From NCBI GenBank assembly GCA_023898585.1, contig CP060229.1, forward strand, positions 381,912 through 445,911: 64,000 bases of DNA, in the 5' to 3' direction. The DNA comes from Candidatus Nomurabacteria bacterium (GTDB lineage: Bacteria > Patescibacteriota > Minisyncoccia > Phycocordibacterales > UBA918). Below are positions 37,224-47,019 of this stretch, piece after piece (position 1 is the first letter of the stretch; the number at the start of each line of letters is the position of its first letter). The notes under the pieces were generated by a model, which worked only from the letters and a program-made list of their open reading frames with translations, searched no databases and was not told the DNA's origin. The translations under genes and the position numbers were made by a program.

Positions 37224-38573
37224 TTATTCGACGTTAAGGAGTTGCATCATTCGATCATAGTCGTTTTCCAGCACTTTTTCCTTGATGGGTCGGTGCGTTG
37301 GGTCAACTTCCACGCGATAACCTTGTACGAGACATGTCTCTCGACTTCCGACACCGTTGGTAAAGTCGGGTTCGCCCACCAGTGCATACGCATTTGCACT
37401 CTTGGGGAGTACAGCCTCCACTTCCTTGCGATCGTAGCGAAAGATCGGAACAGGGTAGTTCGAATCGGTATAGAATCGTACCGCTTCTCCCACCTGTTGC
37501 ATGGATTTCACCAGGAACTCTGGTTCGTACGTATCAGCCCGAGCACCTTTCTTTGGCACTTGTGTGAACCAGGTCTCATCCGGCAGTTGCATGAGCACCA
37601 TGAGGCCTCCTGGCGCTTGGTCGAGTCCGGTTGGCTCCATGAGTTCACGCCAGTGCTTTAGTAGCAACTTGCGTGCATCAGGACCTTTGCGGATTTCACC
37701 AGCATCACCCTCACGGACGCCAAACATGCGTGTTCCATCACCCCATCCATGGGGTCCAATGTCACACGACCAGGTTGGGAGACGACCATAGTCATTGCCC
37801 TGGACTTGGGAAATCGCGCCGATACTCAACAGGTGGGCAAAGGCAAAACCTTCTTCCACCTCCTGGTATACGTAGCTACAGCTTGCATCACCAGGTTGGA
37901 TGATGTATGGGTTCATCGGACCACTGCTCGGATCATACGCGTGATGCTTCTTGTAGAACTCGATTGCCAGCCTTGCGTGCTCGGTCAAATATTCAGAAGC
38001 CCGAGGACCGAGTCGTGCACGCAGCACCGGATCGACAAATGCTTCCACAGCCGAAAGGATTGAGAGGAAAGGGTACTGGTACCGACGAAGGTATGTCTCC
38101 AGTTCCACCACCTCGACCGGACCATAGTGTCCACTTTCGAGTTTGTGGAACTCGTCGATCGTGATGCGACCACCTTCTCGTCCGCGAGTCTTGTCGCTTG
38201 TTTGCCACTTGTAGGCGTCGACAACACCACGTTCGGTTGCCATCGGGCCAACGCCGTGGGCAACGAGTAGGATCTTGATGCCACCTTTGCTCATCCCTAC
38301 GTACTCGGCAGACATCGTGGTGAAGTACTGATCCCACGGGGTCGGGTTGGAAGGGTCGTAGCCATTCAGGTGTTTCGGCGGAGTTGCAAGCCGTGCATCG
38401 ACCACGTCAAGCATGGTGCCGACATGACCTTTGTCTCCAGCGAATCTGGAAGCTTGCCGGAAGGATGGCACGAAGCCATCCATGTGGAAGAAGCTCATAG
38501 CTTCACCAGTTGCGGTTTTTTCAGACATTAGTAGTCTCCTTGTTTCCGTTTTTGGATTTGAAGGAACGGACAA
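37224..38573 (-). CDS. hypothetical protein (449 aa) in GC-rich island
   Basis: Long ORF in a locally GC-rich stretch, with many spurious antisense ORFs on the + strand. No family recognised by eye. Confidence 0.6.
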   Translation of the reverse strand: MSVPSNPKTETRRLLMSEKTATGEAMSFFHMDGFVPSFRQASRFAGDKGHVGTMLDVVDARLATPPKHLNGYDPSNPTPWDQYFTTMSAEYVGMSKGGIKILLVAHGVGPMATERGVVDAYKWQTSDKTRGREGGRITIDEFHKLESGHYGPVEVVELETYLRRYQYPFLSILSAVEAFVDPVLRARLGPRASEYLTEHARLAIEFYKKHHAYDPSSGPMNPYIIQPGDASCSYVYQEVEEGFAFAHLLSIGAISQVQGNDYGRLPTWSCDIGPHGWGDGTRMFGVREGDAGEIRKGPDARKLLLKHWRELMEPTGLDQAPGGLMVLMQLPDETWFTQVPKKGARADTYEPEFLVKSMQQVGEAVRFYTDSNYPVPIFRYDRKEVEAVLPKSANAYALVGEPDFTNGVGSRETCLVQGYRVEVDPTHRPIKEKVLENDYDRMMQLLNVE

Positions 38574-38773
38574 TGTGTCCGGCGAAACAATACAATATAA
38601 AGATTTATTTGTCTACATTAAAAAAGTCCATAGTGGAACTAAAAAGTCATTATTTTATTCTGTTTCCCAGATATCTAGGACAGTAGGGCACGTACTGTCT
38701 CTCGGGTGGAACCAGTTTGAGGAATTGTGTATTGAATGGCTTGAAGAAGCGAGAGTAATTTTTGTATGAAAAA

Positions 38774-38826
38774 GCCACCCTTCCGCCGAAACGAAAGGGT
38801 CGCTTTCAGTTTCGTGGTTGGGTGGC
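38774..38826 (-). terminator. hairpin gccaccc...gggtggc plus U5 on minus strand, directly after the 116-aa gene
   Basis: 7-bp outer stem with structured loop. The minus-strand RNA is followed by UUUUU. Confidence 0.4.
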
Positions 38827-38827
38827 G

Positions 38828-39178
38828 TCAGTCAGGGCGGCGGCCTTCTTTCCAGCCACCGCATATGGACTTGTAACCAGGCGGGAACGCCTCGTTGAAC
38901 GTGTGACCACCGTGTTCTTCCAGGGCGCGTTGGACTTCCCAGCACACTTCGTCCCGCTGTTCTTCGGTCATGTTGATGAACTGCATGGTGTAGACTCGCG
39001 CCATTGCGTGAATGTCGGGCGACGTTTCGATACTGGGGTCAGTCAGGAAGTTGACGGTAGTGGTGTCGAGTCGCTCGAAGCTCCACCGTTTCTGAAATGC
39101 TGTCTGTACAGCGTGGCGAATGGCTTTCATCTGCGGTACTTCGTCCGCAGTGAAACCGGTCACATCGACAATAGGCAT
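38828..39178 (-). CDS. hypothetical protein (116 aa), possibly tautomerase-superfamily-like (Met-Pro start)
   Basis: MPIVDVTGF... with Pro at position 2, ~116 aa. GC-rich codon usage. Family assignment is weak. Confidence 0.3.
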   Translation of the reverse strand: MPIVDVTGFTADEVPQMKAIRHAVQTAFQKRWSFERLDTTTVNFLTDPSIETSPDIHAMARVYTMQFINMTEEQRDEVCWEVQRALEEHGGHTFNEAFPPGYKSICGGWKEGRRPD

Positions 39179-39189
39179 CGTGTCCTCCT

Positions 39190-39723
39190 TCAGGCCAGGA
39201 AGTTCCGGCCGTCGAGCTTGTCATTGCTGTTTTCGAATGCGTAACGACCGAGCGCCTTGAGTGAGTCAGCGGTCATCCCGGAGATGAGCTGGTCAATACA
39301 CGGTTTTTCGCCCGAGAAGCCGACCACCAGTCCGTGTCGTTTGACGCCGCCCCAGTAGGGCGTGTCGCCCGAGAACAGCAGGTGAGCGTTCGAATCGGTC
39401 TGCCCGTCATCGTTGCGTCCCTGCCAGAGCTGGAGCGCCTTGCAACGGGCGATGTCGTCGAACGGGTACTCCCAGTTATCCTTTTCACCCACGCTCTCTT
39501 CATAGAGCAAGTGCGGGTAAATCGGGTAGTTGGGCCAGTCGGGGTAGTCTTCCGATCGCACGTCGTCCATCGACGGAACGAGGATGACGAGATGACCTTG
39601 GCGACGCTTCATGGCGTCGGCGTAAGGGCCTTCTTCGGCGAATAGTGTGACCGAAAACACCTGCTTGGCCACCTGGGCGGCCAGTTGCGGGGTGAGGTAC
39701 TTGGGGGTGAGCAATTGGCTCAT
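39190..39723 (-). CDS. GlcG/DUF336-family protein
   Basis: GGVKRHGLVVGFSGEKPCIDQLISG resembles the DUF336 core motif. The likely start is the Met at 39723 (the ORF-track frame extends to 39816). Confidence 0.5.
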   Translation of the reverse strand: MSQLLTPKYLTPQLAAQVAKQVFSVTLFAEEGPYADAMKRRQGHLVILVPSMDDVRSEDYPDWPNYPIYPHLLYEESVGEKDNWEYPFDDIARCKALQLWQGRNDDGQTDSNAHLLFSGDTPYWGGVKRHGLVVGFSGEKPCIDQLISGMTADSLKALGRYAFENSNDKLDGRNFLA

Positions 39724-39879
39724 GTCGTTTCTCCACTTGGTTGCGAATTGTGATTGCCGAAATGGCGGGAACTTGTAGATCGTAGTGATCCATAAGCTGG
39801 CAAAAAAGTATAGCAAAAGTCAATTTTTGTAAATACTAACTCGACATTAGTGAAACTAGAATCTTCTGTCTGACCTGGG

Positions 39880-41634
39880 CTATGCAGAGATTTTTTCCTC
39901 TATGATGCTCTTCAAATCAGCAACGTCGTCGCTAACGTATGATTCTGGTAGGTGAGAAGCAGATTCAATTTCGACTTTTGCTTCCTCGTACTTTTTATTG
40001 TCTAAGTAGTGTCGAGCTTTTTCGTAATGCCATATTTGAGAGGCAATATTTTTATTTTTAGTTGATGCAAAGCGTTCTATGGCTTTTGTGTAGTACGCAT
40101 CTCCTTTGTTATTTTTGCCAGTTCGGAAACAAAGCAGTCCTTTTGTTGCTGAAAGTGATGGTGGCAGCTCATCGTCTTTATACTTTTTGAGGATATCCTC
40201 AGCTTTTTTAAAATGTCCGCCTAAAATGTAAGCGTGAGCTAGGTTGTTTTCAATGTAAGGCATGTCAAAACCAAGCTCTAGTGCACCTTCAAGTAGTTTT
40301 ATTGACGCTTCGTAATCCTTGTCTAGTGAAGAAAGTATAAAACTATAGTCAGGGTAAACTTCACGGATGCGAGGTTCTATTTCTAGAGATTTCTCGAAAT
40401 AAGTTTTTGCATTGTCGTATTGCTTCATCCTCCCTAGGTATGCTCCTCTTAGGTAAAAACCAAAAGCATCCTCTGGGTGAATGCGTAATATGAAGTCGGC
40501 TGTTTCTTTTAGTTTATCTAAGTCGTCTCTGTCAACGGCTGATCTCCCTATGTTGTAAGATGATTTTAGGTGATCAATTTTGATATTAAGATTGCGCTTG
40601 CCGGAGATGTGTTTTTTGAATAAAGAGGCAGCTTTTTCGAAACAAGCGTCACCTTGAGTGTTCAGACCAACTGATTTATAGCAAACTCCAAGATTGTTGT
40701 ATAAAAGATCGTTGTTTTTCTCTTCTTGTATCTTCTTTTGGTACCAGGGTATCGCTTCTTCGAAGTTTCTTAGCTCCATTAGTAGCCAACCAATCTTATG
40801 CTCCCAAACGTGGTCGAGTATCAACTGACTATGTTTTGCCTTTACGAGTGTTTCTAAGGCTTCAGCGTATTTTTTTCCGTTCACGTACAGATAGGCCAGG
40901 TTTTGATAACTGTGTATATATCTAGGATCTATTTCAATAACACTCTTGAAAAGACCTTCCGCATCTCCAGGGTTGCCAGACCGTAGATGGGCCACCCCAA
41001 GGTTATTTATCGCGTGTATATAACGGTTATTTATAGATCTTGATCTTTCAAAATACGTTACTGAACCTTCTATGTCTTTCTTAAGGTTTAGGAGTATAAA
41101 CCCATGAGTGTTGATAACTTCGTAGTCTGCTGGATCTTTTTGTTCAGCTTCATTTAAAACGCTGATGGCTTCCTCTACATCACGATTTTTTTCATCTATT
41201 AAAGCTTTAAAAATGGCATACTTATGCAAAATATCTGGGCGACGATTGGTAACTTCTAGTACCTTCCTGAAAAATAGGTTTGCTTGGTCGATGTCCTTGT
41301 GTGATATGCATGCAAAGAGTATTTTTTCGTATGCCGGTAAATGGTCAGGTTTTAAATCTATCGCCATTAGGAAGTAGGTGATAGCACGTTTGTAATTACC
41401 TTTCATTAGGTACAGATCGCCAACCTGCATTAGAGTCTGTGGTGCCTCGCGTTCACTAAGTCTTTTCTTGGCGAACCTCATTTGCTCATTTATGAACTTA
41501 TGTTTAAACTTGTGTCCGAAAGAGTTGACGGGAGAAGCGTCTGTAGAGGAAATAGGAGTATGAGTTGGTCGTGATTTTGCAGCACCAATAACCGGTTCGA
41601 TGTAATCGTTGGTATTTTGGGTCTGAGTAATCAT
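39880..41634 (-). CDS. TPR-repeat protein (584 aa)
   Basis: Multiple 34-residue TPR-like repeats (W/LG/Y...A...F...A...P patterns). 4-bp overlap with the upstream kinase gene. Confidence 0.7.
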   Translation of the reverse strand: MITQTQNTNDYIEPVIGAAKSRPTHTPISSTDASPVNSFGHKFKHKFINEQMRFAKKRLSEREAPQTLMQVGDLYLMKGNYKRAITYFLMAIDLKPDHLPAYEKILFACISHKDIDQANLFFRKVLEVTNRRPDILHKYAIFKALIDEKNRDVEEAISVLNEAEQKDPADYEVINTHGFILLNLKKDIEGSVTYFERSRSINNRYIHAINNLGVAHLRSGNPGDAEGLFKSVIEIDPRYIHSYQNLAYLYVNGKKYAEALETLVKAKHSQLILDHVWEHKIGWLLMELRNFEEAIPWYQKKIQEEKNNDLLYNNLGVCYKSVGLNTQGDACFEKAASLFKKHISGKRNLNIKIDHLKSSYNIGRSAVDRDDLDKLKETADFILRIHPEDAFGFYLRGAYLGRMKQYDNAKTYFEKSLEIEPRIREVYPDYSFILSSLDKDYEASIKLLEGALELGFDMPYIENNLAHAYILGGHFKKAEDILKKYKDDELPPSLSATKGLLCFRTGKNNKGDAYYTKAIERFASTKNKNIASQIWHYEKARHYLDNKKYEEAKVEIESASHLPESYVSDDVADLKSIIEEKISA

Positions 41635-42608
41635 ATGTTGAGTTTGTCTAAATCTGCTTCCAGTTCCTCGATGCTATTGTATCTTCTGGAATGGTCGATA
41701 TCACAGAGCTTTTCAATGATTTTGTTAATCTCCTGGGTTAGTTGGTAATCTACCAGAGATACGTGTAAGTTTGAGTAGTCGAGATTTCTTCTTGTTTCAA
41801 GCCACTTGCTATAAAACTGTTCTCTTTCGGTATAGGTTTTTCCGTTCGTGCTAAACGAGTTTTGTTGCATGTAGGTACCAATATCTCCCACAAGTTGTGA
41901 GTAATGTATTATTGGTGTTCCGTTAAATAGGAAAGATAATAAAATACCGAGAGCATAGTGATCGGTCTTTTTAGAAAGACCGATATTAGTACCGTCTGTT
42001 ATCTCAAAGAAGAGTTCGGGAGGACGTACGTATCTATGACCTACGCAAGGACGATCAAGATAATCAAGAGGCTCAAGGTTGTGATCTTTTGCTCTTCCAA
42101 AATCACACAACTTAACCTGTTGTTCGTCACCGTCAAATACTAAAACATTGTTCCACCAGAGATCTCTGTGTACTACGTCCAGTTGGTGGGCATGCTTTAC
42201 ACCAGTACATATCTTTCTGAATGTAGAGATAAGTTCAGAAGGTGTCTGATTATAGTTTTCTTTTATATGGGCATCAAGATTGCCTTGAGCAAGCTCCATC
42301 AGATAGTAGAAAAATGGACTCTCTTCCTCGTTAACACTCAAAGGAAGTATTATTTGTTCGCAATGCAAAGGTGTGTGTAGTCTGTGGAGGATGGTATTTT
42401 CTTGTTTGAAGCGGTCAATCTCTTCTTTGGGAGCGCCGTCTCTGCAGACTTTTAGAGCAATCGGCGAACCGTATTCTTCATTTTTTACCTCGTAGACAAT
42501 ACCAAAATTGCCGCCACCCAGCTCTCTAATTACAGTATTTTCTCGAATCTTTTGCCCTGTCGTTAGCATGGTAGTCGTTACTATAGGCAACACCTTTTCC
42601 GTTGTCAA
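41631..42608 (-). CDS. Ser/Thr protein kinase (Hanks-type)
   Basis: G-loop LGGGNFGIVY, VAIK-like IALKV, catalytic loop HRDLWWNNVLV, DFG (DFGRAKD). Confidence 0.8.
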   Translation of the reverse strand: MTTEKVLPIVTTTMLTTGQKIRENTVIRELGGGNFGIVYEVKNEEYGSPIALKVCRDGAPKEEIDRFKQENTILHRLHTPLHCEQIILPLSVNEEESPFFYYLMELAQGNLDAHIKENYNQTPSELISTFRKICTGVKHAHQLDVVHRDLWWNNVLVFDGDEQQVKLCDFGRAKDHNLEPLDYLDRPCVGHRYVRPPELFFEITDGTNIGLSKKTDHYALGILLSFLFNGTPIIHYSQLVGDIGTYMQQNSFSTNGKTYTEREQFYSKWLETRRNLDYSNLHVSLVDYQLTQEINKIIEKLCDIDHSRRYNSIEELEADLDKLNI

Positions 42609-42662
42609 AGATGAGTATCGAGACTAGGTTACTATCGTTCGCTCATTTTACTGTCACACCTG

Positions 42663-43034
42663 TCACTTTTCAAAGATGGATGCTACTAGTCGATCAATTC
42701 TTTCTTGATCGATCTGTTTTGCGGGCAGTTCGATTGTTTGCCTAGGAATGTCCCAGCCGTAGTTACACCGTAAATTAAACATTGCCCCAGTAACAGCCCC
42801 GCCTCTAAATAGGTGTTCTTCAGCGAATGTCTCACAGCGCTGTTTTGCTGCCTCTATCGTGTCAAAAAATTCCTCTTTTCGTGAGTAATTCAACAATGTT
42901 TGTCGTGTGACTCCGAGAAAAAGAGATAGTCCGGATATTGTATACGGTCGATCTTGTTGATCGCATAGTTGAAAATAGCCGTCCACAGCGGTCTGTAGAG
43001 CTATTTGGTTGTTGAATTTAAGTGGCCTTGACAC
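42663..43034 (-). CDS. phage terminase small subunit-like protein (HTH DNA-packaging protein)
   Basis: Pattern YTISGLSLFLGVTRQTLLNY...EFFDTIEAAKQRCE...FNLRCNYGW resembles TerS-family N-terminal domains. Confidence 0.5.
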   Translation of the reverse strand: MSRPLKFNNQIALQTAVDGYFQLCDQQDRPYTISGLSLFLGVTRQTLLNYSRKEEFFDTIEAAKQRCETFAEEHLFRGGAVTGAMFNLRCNYGWDIPRQTIELPAKQIDQERIDRLVASIFEK

Positions 43035-43049
43035 CTATGTATTTTACCA

Positions 43050-43529
43050 TCAAATACAGGCTGGGCTGGAGTAATTTATTGTTTTGCAGACATACTCTAT
43101 GCCTGCCCTAAAAGCGTATTCGGTTGTTGAGTCCATAAAATCTTCGTTCAAGTCTAGAGCTTTTTCTAGCGCCTCGCTCTGAGCCGCCTGTTTGCCATGT
43201 ATGAATCCTGCGTTATAGCGTGCTTCTCCAAACTCAGATACTGACATGCTGCCTATGTTTATATCAGTACTAGGTTGATTTTCTTCTTCCGTTTCGTACA
43301 AGGACCAAGCGTCTTCATAACCATCTTCGTAACCCACCTCTATACCTGCATCGTAACCAGACGCATATCGTTCCTTCATCTGCGCTGAAATAAATAGCCA
43401 GACTACAATTAGTGCGATTATCGTCAATATGGATATGATTATCTTTTTCATGGTTACGTCTGTATACAAAAAGCCCACTGCTAAAAGGTAGGATGTGAGT
43501 CCACATGCCCAGTTTCCCAGACATGACAC
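43050..43529 (-). CDS. hypothetical membrane-anchored protein
   Basis: The likely start is the internal Met (MKKIIISILTIIALIVVWLF). Acidic ectodomain. Confidence 0.4.
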   Translation of the reverse strand: MSCLGNWACGLTSYLLAVGFLYTDVTMKKIIISILTIIALIVVWLFISAQMKERYASGYDAGIEVGYEDGYEDAWSLYETEEENQPSTDINIGSMSVSEFGEARYNAGFIHGKQAAQSEALEKALDLNEDFMDSTTEYAFRAGIEYVCKTINYSSPACI

Positions 43530-43673
43530 AGAACGTGACCCCGTTAACAGCGGGTTCTTTATCGTTCTGTGATTAACTTATTCGCACCATGCCGCGCCTC
43601 ACGGCAGCGGGTTAGGTGACTATATTGTCTTTTAATAGTATCAGAAATAAGGGTATGATACGAGGAAATGTAA

Positions 43674-44417
43674 ATGTATATGGATGCAAAAAGGGTAAAA
43701 ACAGTATGGAGATCAGTTGTTAAAAGGATTCCTGCCGAATATGTGACTGAAACTCGGGAAAGATTGAATATTCCACCAAAGGGGTTTTTGACCTTTAAGG
43801 ACCAAGAAAAGTGGTATCAAAACGCATTAAAAGAAGTTACTGCAATGAGTCGTGGTGCCTACAAAGGGAAAAGATTAACTGAGCGGCAACGAATCGTCTT
43901 AAACAAAGCATTGGAAAAGACAGATTATGGGATTTTGCAGCAAGCGATTTCTACCATCGTAGAAAAATTTCCAGTACTAAAAGGATATGAAGATGCCGTA
44001 CGGGAAGGTTTGTTGGGCTTAATGAACGAAAAAAGTATCAATTCGGGCGATTACACTGGTTGTGAATTTGCGTATGTGACCAAAGATTCTGGAGATACAG
44101 ATTTATCTGAAGGTTTGTACATCAGGGTTTCCAGTCACACAACCAAGCAAGACATTGATGATTTTTTAACAAAGAAAAAAACTGCTTTTCAAAAGCTGAA
44201 AAAGCTTCTATATCCAGATGAGCCAATCCGTTATCAGGTTTCACCAGCAGCAGAGAGGAAAGAGATGACGAGAATTTTGCGCGACCATTCATTAGTGGAA
44301 CTTAATAAGTTGTGTAAAAAAGAGTGCGAGGAAAGGGGTGATTATGATCCCATATTGCCGACTCGAAAGGATATGGCTATTGAAAGACTTCTTAAATTTT
44401 GGGGATACAAGAAGTGA
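43674..44417 (+). CDS. hypothetical protein (247 aa), divergently transcribed
   Basis: ORF with plausible start. No domain recognised. Confidence 0.45.
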   Translation: MYMDAKRVKTVWRSVVKRIPAEYVTETRERLNIPPKGFLTFKDQEKWYQNALKEVTAMSRGAYKGKRLTERQRIVLNKALEKTDYGILQQAISTIVEKFPVLKGYEDAVREGLLGLMNEKSINSGDYTGCEFAYVTKDSGDTDLSEGLYIRVSSHTTKQDIDDFLTKKKTAFQKLKKLLYPDEPIRYQVSPAAERKEMTRILRDHSLVELNKLCKKECEERGDYDPILPTRKDMAIERLLKFWGYKK

Positions 44418-44504
44418 TCTAGTGCAGTTAAATGACCGTTTGTTAGTAAAAACTCAACTAGGGTTGGGTTTTTACTAACTCCTAATTCTTTTACGGGGAA
44501 TACT

Positions 44505-44744
44505 TTGGTCACTATGACTAATGTATATAAAACATCAGATTTAAATGAGGCGGTCGTACTTTTATGTTATGACCACAAACTAGAGTACATTGATAAAACA
44601 GAGCGGCGGGCACAATTTTGCTTTACGGAGCAATCTGATACCGCTGAAGTAATTAAGAATTATAGGCTACGTGAAATTCAGATAGAGCCACATTCCTTTT
44701 ACCAACACCAACGCGATCTAAAGGATCGTTTGTATAACGGCTAG
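44505..44744 (+). CDS. hypothetical small protein (79 aa)
   Basis: ORF immediately upstream of the primase gene. Confidence 0.4.
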   Translation: MVTMTNVYKTSDLNEAVVLLCYDHKLEYIDKTERRAQFCFTEQSDTAEVIKNYRLREIQIEPHSFYQHQRDLKDRLYNG

Positions 44745-44748
44745 GCTT

Positions 44749-47007
44749 ATGTCAGGTGTAAGTAAATTGAACAACGACAGTAGTCATTTGAATAAGTTAA
44801 AGGAAGCTGCGCTACAGTACGTAAAAGACGGCCACCCCATTGTACCTATGGGCCTCAATGGTGATACAGGGGACTATAAAAGGCCACTAGTAAGGTGGCG
44901 AGATGTAGACGGTCCGGCTCGGACAGAAAAAGCTGTAGAGAGTTTATTTTCCAAGTTTGGCAAACGAATTTTCGGAATCGCAACAATTGTTGAGCGGCAT
45001 ATCCTGGTCGATTTTGATACAGAGGATTCACACAAGTTATTTAGGCTACAACCAGCCCCAACCATTAAAACTGGCAAAGGTAGACACATGTGGTATGCCA
45101 CAACTTCTGTAGTCAAACAGAATGGGCCACTTGACTTGTCTGAACATGAAAAGAGGGACGGTAAAAAATATCAGGTAGAGATTTACACAGAAAAGCGGCT
45201 TGAAATTCTGCCACCCTCTCTACATCACTCTGGTGTGTTGTACGAATGGGAGCTGGACTATACAGATTTCTTAGATTTGTCACCTTTACCTGAAGATTTG
45301 GTCCAATTGTGTGGAATTAAAAAGGAGAAAGTTGGCCAGAAAAAAAGCGACATATTTCAAATCATCTATGAGGGTGAGCGACACAGCAAATTAAAAGAAG
45401 CTTGTTTTTACTTCTTTAATAAGCATAAAGGGAATGGAAAAAAGATAACCAAATCAGTTCTGGCCTGGAACATCGAATATTGTAATCCTCCAATAGATGA
45501 AGGTGAGGTTGGGAACATGGTCGATTGGACTATCAAAAACTTTGATGCACCTGACGGGAAGAAAGACAAAGAACCGAAACAAAGTCAGGCAGTAATTGAG
45601 TATATTGAAGAAAATAAAGCAATTACGCTATTCCACGACCAAGACAAGATTGGTTTTGCTCGCCTCAATTCACAAAAGGGAGTGAATATTCCAATTCACA
45701 GTCAAGAGTTTACTGAGTTTTTATCCCTACTCGCGTATCAATCTGACAAAAGTGTTTTAACGGATTATGTTTGTAAAGAGATTCAGTCAGTTTTACATGC
45801 CAAAGCATTGTATGAGTCTTCCCAGCACGCTCTACAACACCGAGTGTATCAGTCTGGTGAGTGTGAATTTTACTATGACCTCTGCAACGATGCTGGAGAA
45901 GCAGTAAAGATAACAAAAGACGGGTGGACTATTGAATCGGGAGAGAAAATACAGTTTCTTTTTAAGCGCGGTGCTGCAACAGAACAGCCGAGACCAGTTA
46001 AGGGTGGAAACCTAAGACAGTTTCTCGATTTTGTGAATCTCAAAGACGAAGATGAACAGATGTTGTTTTTGTGCACGCTTCCCGTGCGAATGATTCGAGA
46101 TATCGACCAGCCGATCGTTTACATCTACGGCCCAGCTGGAAGTGCAAAAACCACACTGCTTAAACTGACTAAAGACCTGCTTGACCCGTCTCAAGGTGGA
46201 ATTTCAATGCCGGTAAAAAAGCTTGAACACATCACGCCGCTTTTAAATCAGACGTGGGTGTTTGCTAATGACAACATATCTCATATTGGTGACGAGTTGT
46301 CTGACTTCTTTTGTGTAATGGCCACTGGAGCTGAAAGTGCTCGTCGCACCTTGTATAAAGACTCAGAAGTGACAGTGCATCGTGTTAAGAACCCTGCATA
46401 CATGACGGGCATCAACATTGAAGCTAGTAATAGTGACTCACTTAGCAGGTTGTTGATCTTTAAGACTGAAGCGTTGGGTAAGGGGAATCTCAAGAATAAA
46501 AATGATCTTTTTAGAAAATATCAGCAGATGAAACCACAGCTGCTGGGCTCTATTTTTGACACATTAGTAGCAGCTTCGAATGTAAAGCAGGACTTACCAC
46601 AACAGACCGAGTTCCGTATGACTGAATATGCGCTATGGGGCGCTGCATGTGCCGAGGTGCTCGGGTATGGGGCTGAAAATTTTGAAAAGGCTTTACAGAG
46701 AGCAATGAGAGCTCGGGCTTATGACGCCATCCAGTCTTCTAGCGCAGGTCGAGCGCTTTTGAAACACCTCGAAAGCAACCTTTCTTTTGAAGGGACAATG
46801 ACTCAGCTTCTAAAGACACTAAAGGATCTGTATTTTGAGGATGATTTTCATGAAAGATGGGGTGAGACTGTAGCAAACAATCCTGAATCACTAAGCAAGA
46901 AACTGCGTGAACTTGAAAATAGTCTATCAGAGATAGGCATAACCATAGATTTTAAACGAACAGCCACAGAACGATTGATTGTCATAAGTCGAGTAGAGGG
47001 GTTTTAG
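44749..47007 (+). CDS. primase-helicase replication protein (Prim-Pol N-terminal domain plus D5/P4-type P-loop NTPase)
   Basis: Prim-Pol DxD (HILVDFDTED). Walker A GPAGSAKTT in the C-terminal half. 752 aa. Confidence 0.7.
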   Translation: MSGVSKLNNDSSHLNKLKEAALQYVKDGHPIVPMGLNGDTGDYKRPLVRWRDVDGPARTEKAVESLFSKFGKRIFGIATIVERHILVDFDTEDSHKLFRLQPAPTIKTGKGRHMWYATTSVVKQNGPLDLSEHEKRDGKKYQVEIYTEKRLEILPPSLHHSGVLYEWELDYTDFLDLSPLPEDLVQLCGIKKEKVGQKKSDIFQIIYEGERHSKLKEACFYFFNKHKGNGKKITKSVLAWNIEYCNPPIDEGEVGNMVDWTIKNFDAPDGKKDKEPKQSQAVIEYIEENKAITLFHDQDKIGFARLNSQKGVNIPIHSQEFTEFLSLLAYQSDKSVLTDYVCKEIQSVLHAKALYESSQHALQHRVYQSGECEFYYDLCNDAGEAVKITKDGWTIESGEKIQFLFKRGAATEQPRPVKGGNLRQFLDFVNLKDEDEQMLFLCTLPVRMIRDIDQPIVYIYGPAGSAKTTLLKLTKDLLDPSQGGISMPVKKLEHITPLLNQTWVFANDNISHIGDELSDFFCVMATGAESARRTLYKDSEVTVHRVKNPAYMTGINIEASNSDSLSRLLIFKTEALGKGNLKNKNDLFRKYQQMKPQLLGSIFDTLVAASNVKQDLPQQTEFRMTEYALWGAACAEVLGYGAENFEKALQRAMRARAYDAIQSSSAGRALLKHLESNLSFEGTMTQLLKTLKDLYFEDDFHERWGETVANNPESLSKKLRELENSLSEIGITIDFKRTATERLIVISRVEGF

Positions 47008-47019
47008 CATTTTGGCTTA

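Noticed and set aside
37242-39645. About ten + strand ORFs (60-160 aa) across the GC-rich island
   Set aside because: Typical spurious antisense frames of high-GC coding DNA. They overlap long minus-strand genes with coherent protein-like sequence.
34392-43034. attL copy of the tRNA-His 3' region to delimit the integrated element
   Set aside because: Scanned the left-hand intergenic regions by eye for 15 nt or more of the tRNA-His sequence and found none. The only match (ggaatcgaacccagat at 8885-8900) is the T-arm of tRNA-Arg. The element's left boundary therefore remains undefined.
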